DNA of 64,000 bases from NCBI GenBank assembly GCA_036172245.1, contig JAYWIR010000002.1, positions 5,828,001 through 5,892,000 of the forward strand, read 5' to 3'. This document shows, in pieces, positions 51,050 through 62,700 of the stretch; positions within the stretch are counted from its first letter, which is position 1, and each line of letters opens with the position of its first letter. The translations under genes and the position numbers were made by a program. The DNA is from Raillietiella orientalis. Taxonomy: Eukaryota. The notes under the pieces are model-generated. The model saw only the letters and a program-made list of their open reading frames with translations, made no database searches and was not told the origin of the DNA.

Positions 51050-51975
51050 ATCACAGCTCTTGCATTTGTTTTATGGCCCGGTCGTCGTATCCAGGCTCGA
51101 ATTCTTTATTCATCTGCTCCCGTCGCTTCTGAGCTTCCGGTACGCGATGCTGGGATTTAACTCCCCCCTGAGCCGGCTCCCTTTCCTTCTGGAGGTCCAT
51201 CCGTGGGCCTCCTGCCACTCCGCCGCCTGACAGCAGGAGGCGCTCGTGTCCTGGGATGCGCTCGAAGGAATGCGCCGAATGAAACCCCATCCCCTGCAAG
51301 TCTTCGATCATCCTCTAGAAAAGGTGCTGCAGAATCAGAGGAAGTTGAGGATCCTGGACGCCGTACCTCTCCCCGCAGAGCTGTCTGCCCTCAGGGCAAT
51401 CGACGACAGCAGCCTGTCGGTAAGGTGGGAACTCTCCTGCACCGTTGTAGGAAGGACCATGGCTCGAAGATGTGTGAGTTGGCGGACGTCGTCACTGCGC
51501 GTATCCAGGCGAGGGAACCCCTTAGATGGATGCTGGCGTTTAAACACTCCCGTGTTCCCCGTGAGCCGGAGAGAGGCAGCACTGCGGACTCCAGTGCAGT
51601 CGGCGACTGCATCCTCGTCTCCGGGAAGCTGCATCCCTAAACTATGCCAGGTGAGGGTCGGTAGAGTCGATCCCGCACCTGCTTTTGGACTGCTGGCGCC
51701 CTTCTGGTGGCGGACTCCAGCATCAGCGCTCCTGCGCCAGAAGGACACCAACCAGTGACTGCTGCGGCAGTTCTTGCGCATGGCCGACTCTCGACTGATG
51801 CAGTGAGGACGGCGGTGTGTTGCGTCGGCGCGGCGCCATCGGCACGGTCCGCCATGTGCTGGAGACGCAGTCGCAACGAATGAGTCACTGGGATGGCAGC
51901 CGCCTACATGAGGGCGGCTGCAAGGTGGACGACCCCACTTGGAAGAAGAAGTGAAGAAGGAAATCAGCGGCATGC
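51050..51975 (-). mobile_element. Second decayed copy related to the tyrosine-recombinase element at 11660-12774
   Basis: GTASRILNFL..SKTCRGWGF resembles NGSSYLTSLFRFL..RACRQSAF, and KEFEPGYDDRAIKQMQEL resembles KDFCSPRDDEDPGLLMMELL. The two also share an upstream DNA motif and high GC. Confidence 0.45.
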
Positions 51976-54199
51976 AGCTCCGTCTCTAAAAGGAAGGAAC
52001 GGCCGGATCCGGGTTCAGTAACCCCCTACCCTCATCCTCTTTGTATTTATTTATTTATTGTCCCCCTTCCTCCCGTTCTCTATTTTCAGATGGCCCGACC
52101 TGAGTGTAGGTTCTCCCTCCCTTCGAACTTCTTTCGTCTTTGGTTGGGAATCGAGTTCCCAACTGGCTTATTTTCTTTCTATTAAGTAAACTCCCCTGAG
52201 GCCGTGACAGGATGAAAAGTTCCCTATTCATCGAAACAGAAGCATAATTCCTGTCCAGGGAAGGACTCTATCAGCTCGGTAACTCAATACTGAGATGCGA
52301 TTTAGCTATGCTCGTCTTTCATAGTGTATTGGTTAAGAATCTTCTTCTGAAAAGCATCCTAGAATGGGATGGTGATTTGAATGTGGGAATCTGGAATCAT
52401 GAGGGCCACATGGACTTCCGACTTCCGTACGTTTTCCGTTTTATGCTTCCAGTCACAGGAATGTGCTTCGAGAGAGCTTTCATCCTGTAAGATGTACCTC
52501 GGCCGCATGTTCTCTGGTTCCTCGCGTGGTTCCCAAATGCTCTGCTGCCAACTGGCTTGCAGCAGACCTCCCATTGCTTTCGTGGTTCTCCTTTCATGGA
52601 TATCATGATCATTCGGTCGAATGTTGCCAGGCGAGAATAAAGAAGCTGAAGCATCAGTAACCCAACTTACCTTTATTCTTGCGACACCTGTTGGATGATG
52701 AAGGAAGTTTACTGGAAACACAGCGGTCTCAAAATTACGCTTTCGTTCTGTTAGACCGCCTTGCAGCCCGTAAGTGCCGGCACCTCAGACAGCCGAATTG
52801 AAAAGATCAACGAAAGGTACCTTTCTGTGCCTGGGGACGGATGGAATCACAATTCCAAACGTTGCTACAGAAACACTCGAGATTGAGCGGAGCGACTGAA
52901 GTAACTTCAAGGATTAATCAACAAAACTGACCAAGGAGGTATTGAACTGTAAACCAACAACACTCTTTAGTGGAATCATAGTGCGAATATCAGCTCGCAG
53001 ATTCGCAGCAGAATTTTCTGACGGTTCCCATGGCACCTTTTACCATTTCCATCATTCAGCATGAAACCCGTGATTCACCCGTGATTCCAAAATGTACCGA
53101 ATTCCCAATTTCGGGAGTTCTTTTTTCCATATATCGTCGGTGTCAAAGATGCCAGCAATTTAATTTGATTCTCTGTCATCATCACGTTCCTCCAGGAGGC
53201 GGACGTGCTCCAAATAAGTGCATCTTTTCTACAGATGCTACGTTATTAGAGTCACATGTTTCATTCTAATTTTTACGCTTGCTCGTGATTCCGTTGCGTC
53301 AGCGTAGGCAGCAGATTATGGAATCAAACATCTTGGAGCGTCATGTAGTCTCCTGAACTATCCAAACTTCTGGTCAAAGAATTATTTGGTATTTCCAGGA
53401 TGCTGCCTTTCTCTGTTTCAACTGTGTGAAGCTCATTGATTTATTCCTCTGTTCCATAAATCTGCCGTGCTTTACAGAATTTTCTTCCTGCAAAAGCGAG
53501 ACGCTGGGCCTGCCAGGATCACCGTGGTATCCTACCAACAAGTAGTGGAGGAATCTGCTCATTTTTGTGGAATTGGGTGGACGAAGGGACAAATTCTCAG
53601 CGTGTACGCAATGACAATCAGCATTTTCAGATGCAGAAGGGGAAACCCTCAGAAGTGAACTCTGTACCAGCGACAAGCAGCAGTGTAGCCATTCAATGTT
53701 CTGATCTGGGCCTTCTTACTTATAACAGGTGGGAGGAAACACAGACTCTTTGACTGGAGAAAGAAACGGAGTGAACAGTGGAGTGTGCAGAAGTGAGTGG
53801 ATGACGAGAATGAGAACTCTGTTAGAGTGGATGAGAGTTTCCGAAATTTTCAAGCACTCCTAATGTGAAGGGAGAGTTCTGGATTAGGGATAGAACACCC
53901 CACTACGTGGCTGTTACCTGGAATGCCACTATGTAAATGCTTCTCAAATCTATAATTTTCTAAAAAAAGGTTTTAGATTTCGTATCCGCTCTGTATAAAT
54001 CAATTTCTATGACTTGCTCATCCAACAGTTCAGGGAGGAAGTTATATCTCACCAGTCTCATCGTCGCCCCAGTATCAGAGTGAGCCAAAAATTCACTCAA
54101 ACTTTAACATCGATCCCCAAATCATGATGTTGTACTGTTTTTTTTTTTTTTTTTCGAAGAACTGATCCCCGTCATTTTATGGAGGTCATTGGATTTCAA

Positions 54200-55358
54200 A
54201 AAGGATCTCGGTCGTGTTTAGGTCCACATCCCATTCTTTGCTAACAAACCGAAGCTCACGCCTTTACCATTAACTCTGAATGTAGCGGATGTTCTTCTTG
54301 CACACCCGCGTTCTTGAGAGTGGAGAGTTTGCAACCTCATCGCGAGGACTCGTTCAAAGGATGTTCTTTCGTGGAGTGTTTGAATCCTGTATCCTGTATC
54401 CATAGTCTCTGGCTCTTGTGTCGCACAGTATCTTGGCTTCGGATACTGCCTCAAGTCGACGTGCCAACAAAACGGGCTTCGCCCGGAGGCGACTGCTCAC
54501 AAGCTCACAATAGGGCTTCGTTGCAAGTACTCAACTTAAGGACTGTTATCTCATAAGTGCTTGCCTCAACATCGCCGAATGTCAGAGCGGTTCGTTTGTT
54601 GGTTCAGATCTCTAGTTATCCTTCATGCAGCTTCTCTCAGCCAGATCATAGGAACTCGGAATGAATCTAAGGACCGAAAGAATAGTATTTAAATAACAAA
54701 TCTGCGTTTTCTCCTGTCTCCCTTAAGGATTCTGGACACCTGCAGTCTCACAGAACTGGCGCACAAATCTTTCGGAAGCATTTCCTGGATTCTCGTCCAC
54801 CAATCGAGGAATCTTTTCTCGGTTCATTCGCCGACCTCCCAAATGTATTCTCACGAGATAAAGAATACAAGGAGTGGGTGGGTAAGACGGAAGGGAATCA
54901 GGAAAAGGAAGGTTCGGGAATGGCACTTGTCTCTTGTATGCTTGTTTTCGATGCTGTGAGTGATTTCTTGAAGTCTGTTTTTGTTACTGTGAACGCCAAT
55001 CCGACAAGACCAGTTCAAAAGACCAGTTCACCACTGAAAAAAGAATGGACAGACATCTCGACGTAAGAGTAGGCAATACAGACAATACAGATGATTCTTC
55101 ATTTCAAGAACACATGTCTGGTGGGTTTCCTTACCACATTCTCCCTCCTTCATGTTGTTGGGGGTGCGGAGATTTGTGTGGAGTGGGCCAAAGCTAAAGT
55201 CTGCATGCATAAATTTAGTGAAAGAAGCGTTACGCTGATCCTCTCTCTGAGCGCTGCGCCTGTTAGAATGGAGGTCATCAGCCATGTTAAATCAGGAAAT
55301 TTATTCGGAAGAATACAAGAAATGGTATTCTTTTTGTACATTTTCTTATATTCCTCCA
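54200..55358 (-). pseudogene. Endogenous viral element: L N-terminus, with possible gene-junction signal upstream
   Basis: Begins EEYKK...LPNKFPDLTWLMTSIL (P-D-x-x-L-x-S-x-I/L-like), later LTFGD..TYEI..K and GFKH..HPL. A T-tract at 54137-54154 would read as poly(A) downstream. Confidence 0.38.
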
Positions 55359-55499
55359 GATGAATTAGTTTTTCGTTATTAACTGAAGTACCTTTCTCTC
55401 ACTTTAACATCATTTGAGGAAAATGTCGATTTCGTAGCTCCTTCTGGAAGACCGAATCAGATAATTTGTTAAGATTGAGTCGTGATATTGACGTTTTAG

Positions 55500-56780
55500 A
55501 GGGAGAGAGCAAGAAAACATCAATATCGAGTCATCTTCCACTTGGATGGCAGATGGTTTAGGGCGGAAATCTATCTGTGGAATGCAGAAAGAAATCGCAC
55601 TAAAATACCATCATCCTTCTTGTCATATCATTAGACAGTCAGCAGGCTGGCTGATGGTTTTTGTCAAGACGCAGCACGGAGGCTGTGGACTCCCATCAAT
55701 CGCCGGAGCTGGAATGAGAGTGCAGAGAAGTAAAAGCAAAGATTCCAGAGGGGCTGTTAATGACGATAATCCACATCTCGAGTACTTGGAAGAAACTCGT
55801 AGTCCCCCTGTTAACCTTCACAGAGACTCCAAGCGTTTACTGTGGTCCGAGACTCTAGTTTGCTTTTCGTCTCTTGTAGCTCTAATGAGTGAAAGATTCG
55901 ATCTGCCAGCTCCAGACCAGGAATGGCACCGAATGAGTATCGATGTCTCTCCTCCGTGGTCTTTGAGCAGCAATTGGCCACCTTTCGGTTCTCCGCTCAG
56001 TCATCAAACTCAAAAGCAGTCCTTACACTCCGTGTCTTCCGTAACTGTGGAGAAACTGCAAAAAGAGGGAAAGGTTTTCAGCGTCCTTATCTGCAAAATC
56101 CATCCGTAGCAACATCCTTCAGTTGTCTTGATTGGTTCTTTCACAATGGTGGAACGATTTGGTGATCCATGAACCTCTCTTCCAAAAGGATTAGGGCAAA
56201 AATTACTGCCTTGATGGGAACAGGAGAGGGTGAAAATCTCTTTGTCTTAGTTTCTGTAGACGATATCCAGAATCTGGTAACAAGGAATAAATTCTCAGTC
56301 TCCGGAGACTAAAGATTGGAAGCGGATGCGGGACCATGGCAGTGGAAAAGGAAAAAAGTCCCAAAACTTAAACACGCCGTGCGTTGCTGCAAAATTCCTC
56401 TGGAACAGATACTCTACTTCCGTTGATGGATCTTATCACTGGTCTTAGACGCTCGAGTTTCCTTTACAGCCTGTTACAGCTGCGCTTGCAAGAAATCTTT
56501 TCACGACCATCTCATCCGTGCAACCCAATCTGTCGATGTGGAGGATGAAATGGGTGGATCAGATGTTTATCCTGACAGCCCTTCATGGCTGCAAATGAAC
56601 CTGAAACAATATTGGGTTCTGCTCATACATAGGCTGGAGTGTATTCATCTGAATGAAAGGTGCTTCGAGAGGAAATTTGTTTTTGCGAATATTTCTGCTT
56701 ATCCTCACCTCAGCTACTCCATCCATGAACACTCAAGGAGAATCCAGAAGTGTATGCTTCGAATATATGGATCTGAGACC
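55500..56780 (-). pseudogene. Endogenous viral element: L methyltransferase region
   Basis: G/SGAG (~55905-55925; G-x-G-x-G across a 1-nt shift) and ESLLL...IDGSPQPP (~55677-55745), resembling rhabdovirus N-S-L-L...G-x-x-P-x-P-P. The right boundary is uncertain. Confidence 0.55.
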
Positions 56781-57779
56781 AAAGATTTTTAAAATCCGGC
56801 AAAGCCGTACGATCGCGAATTAATTGCCACCTGAAAAATCAGGGATTTCAGGGACGTCCGTCAACATCCGGCAGGTTCCACAAAACGTGCCAAACTTTGC
56901 AGTTGAAGAGGAATTCTTCTATCAGTCGGATGAATCAACTCCTTCATTATTCATTTTGAAAAAACGAAAGAAATTTTTTCCACCCTTTGAAGAGGGTATG
57001 CAGAAGTTTCATGACATTCTGCCGAGCCGATTCCCTTTTCTCAAGTGTGCACGAGAGAAGCAGCTCCGTGCGATCTCCACCACTGCTGCATGCCACTGTG
57101 AAATTCCTCATGGACGGAGAAGACGCTTGAATGAATGCTTGAATTCAGATAAACCAAGGGGCTACTAAGAAGGACGTACCGGCCATTCTCCTTTGAAGAC
57201 CTCGAGATACACGAATACGTTTACCATAGCATGGGGGGTCCAAAAGAAAAAGAAATTGTCATTGAATTTTGCTCAGCACATGACGGTCGCCTTCATATGA
57301 GCTGAATGTGTTCGTCCTAATAATTAGAGGTGCTCATTGCGAGCTGCTGAAAATTCCCTTCTCAACTAACCTCAAAAAAGCGCATTCCGCATGCCATTTG
57401 TAGATGGGATGCGGATGGGCCAAAGGATAAATGTCCCTGCATCTTTCTCTAAGCCGTACCGGCTTCCTAACACAGTGTTCTGGTGGATAGCTGGAAATGA
57501 AAATTGAGTTTCCAAATCGATGGCTCATCACTTAGAAAAATACAAAAGAAATCAGCAATTCAATTCTTGAGAAAGATACCCACTTTAACAGCAAGATTCC
57601 TACACTTGCAGAAGAGAGAAAAGTTGAAAAGGCAGTTTGGATTTTTGAATTCCAATTAACACAGAACTGTTCCAAATCCGTATTGAAAGTATGGTTATTC
57701 ATTCCTTCAGAGAAGAAAAAAAAAACAGGTTTTGATTTTTGTAGTTTCAAAATCTCCATATTCGTTTCTTGCTTTTTGT

Positions 57780-58330
57780 GTGACAGAATGGTCAGAACAG
57801 TCAACAGTCCAATGATTACTGAAGTGCCCTCACGTGATTGCCACATGCTGAATGTCTGTCGAATGTTGGCCAGTGGTCTTTAGTGGAGTGCCCAGCAGCT
57901 TGATTTGCTTTTCGATTTGAAAAAGACTTGGGTCTCCTAGTCCCTTTCAGTTCTGCGCCAAACAAATATGCAAATCATAGTCTTCTGGCATCATGAATTT
58001 GCGATGAACTGTTCTTAGTTTACTCTCGAAAGGTCACGCCAGTTCATTCTTAATTCCACATTTTTTTAAGCATATGCTATTTTCACTTTACTTTCATCTT
58101 GGAGTACAGGTGGCAACTTGTGCTCTGATTTGCAACCCATTTGCTCGTCTACTTCAAAGGCCATGGGGTAGATTTTGACCCTTCTCTTGACATCGTTTCC
58201 ACGAAAACAATGTTCATACAGGAAAAGGTATCACCTTCTCGACAACCATTCAAAACCGATCAATGGTCTCACCAAGGTCGAGAATGCCGCCAGTTCCAGA
58301 GGTCAACCACAGGAATCAGTCCTTAGTTTG
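57780..58330 (+). pseudogene. Endogenous viral element: L conserved regions I-II
   Basis: QQLDLLFDLKKTW (L-F-G-L-x-K-x-W-G-H-P-like, 57893-57931), FILEYRWQ (R-W-P-like) and VDFDPSLDIVS..EKVSPSR (F-D...D...D-K-A-x-S-P-x-R) occur in order. Confidence 0.6.
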
Positions 58331-59728
58331 TCAACAAGGCAGGAAAAGCAAGAACTGTAGTCGTGGAACGCGTTTCGATAAAGGACTTTGCGAAAGTCCG
58401 GAAAGGTAAGCGGGACTTCCCTCATTTGGGGCCTCCAAGCAGCCTCCTCTAAAAAAAGAAATTGCATTTTCTTGCTCGTTTTCGGCAGCGGTCTCTGAAT
58501 TCCAAAGCAATCCTTTTCCTTTATTCCGATGTTTTTGCACTACTCAATGAGTCCTGTGGTCGCCTCATTTCGAAGGCACTCTTGAAATGCCTGCCTTAAC
58601 ACAATCCGCGCAAACAACCTGTTTAGAAATGTTCCCAGATGCTTTTCAGCATTCGAATTATTCCCAGCTAACTCAGTTTCCGGGTTTCCCAGTAGAAGAG
58701 ACGTATCCATTACGTGTCGTTGATGCCGACATTATGGAAGAAGGCAACCAAAGAGGAAAAGTATTTCGAATTGAGAATAAAGCAAATCATGAAATGACGC
58801 AAGAATTACGATACAGCAGTATCCCTCGTTCCTGGAGAAGAGCGCCACGATGAGGAAGGAAGGCCTCGTCGAATAGTTCTGAAATGAAAGACCAACAGGC
58901 ACCATGGATCGGGAATTCTTGGCACGAAATTCCAAAATATGGGCGACTAATTTTCCTTTTGTCGAATTTGACGAATTTTCTTTCCTCTATTTTTTTCAAA
59001 AAACACATTCAAGCACGCTCACTACTGAAAAAAATCTGAAGACTCTTAGAAGGTGGCCCTTAAGCAGGTGAGAGCGATAGTGTCCAACAAGCAATTGAGG
59101 GTCTCATTAAAGTGAGGCTGCGAAGAACAAATATTTATTACCTTTCATAGAGTTCTCTCAGCCCAAATTCGTTTCCCCCTCTTGCTAAAAGGATCATTAG
59201 AAACTCCTTCCTTATGTAAGAAAAGTGCATTCATGACTGAGCCGTTGAGAACCAGAACACAACTGAGTCAGCATCCCTGAAAACTTTAGTTTCTACAGGC
59301 ATCCAGAAGGCGTTAGCCGAAGAGGGACAAGATCCTTAGCAGCGAAGATTTTCTCCCGTGATCCACGACGATGAGCAGTTCTGTCAGCGGCATTGAGCAT
59401 GAAAAATGGGAACATGGCATCCGAGTAGCGTCGTTTTGTATCCCTGAGGCAGCACAAAATGGCTCTAGATTTCTCACCGACTTTTTTAACATTGAGTTCA
59501 AGAAACAATTCAAAGTGAAATGAGAGCGCCTTTGATTTTGCAGAACTGAGAAACAAATCAATGAGAATAAAAAAAAAAATCCAAGGGTAGCCGAGTCGTC
59601 TGAATAAAGAATTTGAGAAATATGTGTATTAAATTCGATGTCTTCTGTAAAAGGAAACGTCCCTCCGTTTGCGCAACACATAAAGTCATGCGGCTCTACC
59701 TACGGCGGCCTTCCTGAAAAGAATCCAG

Positions 59729-62700
59729 TTTTTTTTTTCTTTTTTCTTGGGGTCACTTAAAATTATTGAAATTGTCCGGCAAGCGGAGGGGTGAATTTAT
59801 TCGAGTGGCTTGAATACAAAAATAACAAGTACGCAAAGAGCAGCATTTGAAGATTTTTTCTTGGCCCTGGTTCTTGAACTCACTAAGCATCACTTCTGGT
59901 AAAATTGGCACTTCATCTCAGTGGGGTCTGGTCACCAGGAAATCTTGAGCATTTCCCTCACATAGGCAGAACCCTCGGTTCTTTTTGAGGTGCAGCGACA
60001 CGTCGAGGCTGGGATTCGACCGCAGGACCTAACATCAATCTCCTTCGGAATTACTCTTTCGGGATATCGACGACAAGAGTCATGTTTCCCGATTTCCTTG
60101 CTTTTGCCCTCATTACAGGGCCTTTGATGAAGAGGACAGCCAATGTTCTCACCATGGGAGTGTGTCATACCATTTCCTTCGAACAACCCCGTCAAGACAG
60201 CCATCCACGAACTCGTCCGCAGGTCTTCCCATTACCTCCTCCTAGTGTTGCCCAATCCTGGCGCAGCGTTGGGCAGTTGAGGACGCGCAGCTGCGTTTCC
60301 TCAGCCCCACATGCCCTGCAGAGTTCATCTCGAATATTTTCGAGATGAACTCTGCAGAATATATTCGATCCTCGAGTCAGTCAGGACTTCTCTGTGGTAA
60401 AACAAGGAGGTCGTCCTCAGCGTCACGTAGGTCGCTTCTCGAGGCTCTCTCTCCAACCTCCGACAGGTTTAGGTTCGCTGATCCCGTAGAGTCTAGAAGC
60501 TATGGCAAGGATGTGGCCAATTTTCCCTCTTATGGGTATGAGATCCCGGAGGGTTTTGTTCTTAATTTTGGATCGTGCGTGGTTGTTTTGGTTTTTCCAC
60601 ATTGCACGTGTCCTGCGAGCAAATCGTAGACTGGCTTCCTTGTAGCCAGAGGAACAGTCTCATTTGGTGGCGGTTGCCACTGGCGGCGGACCGTCCCAGT
60701 CTTCAACTTTCATCCTGGATCTTTGATGTATCCATTGCTACTTTTGCCGCGAAACGGGAAGGAAGCTGGGAATGATCAAGGCTGGTTATTCTTTCCTAAC
60801 CTCCTTGATGCGAGACACTGATTTTAACTGGTAAATCTTTATCAGTGCCTGCTTCTTTTTCCAAGTAGGGTCATTGTCACCCCATTCTTCTAGTCTTTCA
60901 GTTAGGGCTGACGCCGCAAGCGGCTATTTGTCTCAGTCCTCGGAGAGTTCCAGGAGTTGTCGCGCATCCATGATGTGCAAGGAACGTCCCAGCGACTTCA
61001 CCCTGGTCCCATCCTCTTCACATGGACCCCACAAGAGCTTAATCCTCACTCACGGTCTCTAATCCCTCCAAAAAATCTCCCTGTGCAACTCCATCCATGT
61101 GCATTTCCATCCGAATCTTCTCGCGTCTGAAGGTCGCTCCGTAGGGCACCTCGTAAAGGCGAATGCCACTCCGCAAGTTGACGCTCTGCTCCATGTCGGA
61201 ATCATCTCAAGTGTACTCTGCTGCTTCTTCTCCTGCAATCCCTAGGATTGCTTCCCATAAACCTTGCGCGGCCGAGGCCTCGCTGATGAGGATCTCTTGG
61301 TACTTTATCTCATCCGCCGCTCGGAATCCCTTCTCCGTTAACGTGGAGAGGCTCACAATTCCGGCTGGCAAGAGATTCGACTTTTGGGCGTTGATCTGGA
61401 GGCCCAAGCCTGTTACCATAGACTTGGTTTGCTGGAGCCCAGGAGCGAATGCCGATCCTTCTCATTCTTGAGGAAGGAGAGAATAGCATCTTCTTACGCC
61501 AGCTGAGTTGGTCTGCCCTCGTCGATAGTGATTTCTCGAAGCTGATCGCCGCTGTTGATCAGAGACGGCACAGCCCCCATGCAGATAACGAGCAGTGTCA
61601 GACCGAGGGCGTTTCCTTGGAAGCTTCCTCTCTCCATCCGAATTGCATCTGTGTCCTTGTCGATGGAGATCTCGGAATGCTTCTCTTCAAGTACACCCTC
61701 CAGATACTGGTTGAAGTATGCTGGGAAGCCTAGTTTCCTTAGTATGTTCAGAGGCATCTCGAGGTCCACAGCATCGAACACTTTCATATCCGCAAAACCC
61801 AACACGAGGTTATTGCCGACATCCCGTCTGTAACCGATGGTGGCACAAGCCCTCTGCGCGTTGTCAGACATGAGACGTCAGGGCACTGCGCAGGTCTTAC
61901 AAGACGACCGCTGGCAAAACCAAACGATTGGCCCTAGTCTTGGTCAAGCACACTTGGCGTTCATCAATGAAGATGGGTTCTCGTCAGATCTCTCCCTTGG
62001 ACAGAAATCTCACCCTGCTTCCGTGAAGCGACTCTGGGAGCCTCGGTGCATAGCGTGAGTTCCTTGAACAGACGCAGGCAGGCGTGCAGGTACTGCTGAT
62101 AGTGGAAGATTGGCACCCTCTGGAAGAGTCTCCCGCCACGTCCTTGCGTGGCTCCGCGAACACGCTCTTGACCTCCTCAATAGAGATTTCCTCATCAAGC
62201 CGAGCTTGCTGCCGTTGGCTAAACTTCCTGCGCCTTGGTTCATGGTGGCGACCTGCTCCCTTGGGCAGAGATCTTCTATCTCCGGAACTGAGTTGCGATG
62301 CTCCTGAAAGGCTTCCATGATTCCCCTTACAACGTATGCATGACAATTACGCCGTGCTGGATGCTGAAGACATCCGTGGGGATGTTCTTTTCCAGTATGC
62401 CAACTTTTCCTTCGGCGTTTCGGAAGACGTACCCCTGCTCTTACTTATCCCAGCATTTCGAGAAGGAGAGATTCTGGAAGTTTAGCTCCCGGTGTTCATC
62501 CCGTCTCCGTGCTGCGCGGCCAGCACGCGGATGCTATGCTCCAACCTATCACAGTCCTCGAATTTGCAGACGGTGCTATCTCGATGCGGTGTAGTCGATG
62601 AGCATCTGCTGGTGGGGGAACGTTTCGGATATGCAGATGAGCCTCTTTCTCTCATGGTCTTTTTCTTCTAAAAATTCCCGATCTTCAAGGGGTGGTACGA

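Noticed and set aside
52308..52660. L motif B (GIWNHEGHMD)
   Set aside because: It lacks the G-G-x-E-G-x-x-Q-K-x-W core and a following GDN.
10225..61290. Hammerhead ribozymes at CTGATGA occurrences
   Set aside because: I could not find a matching GAAA core with paired stems by eye.
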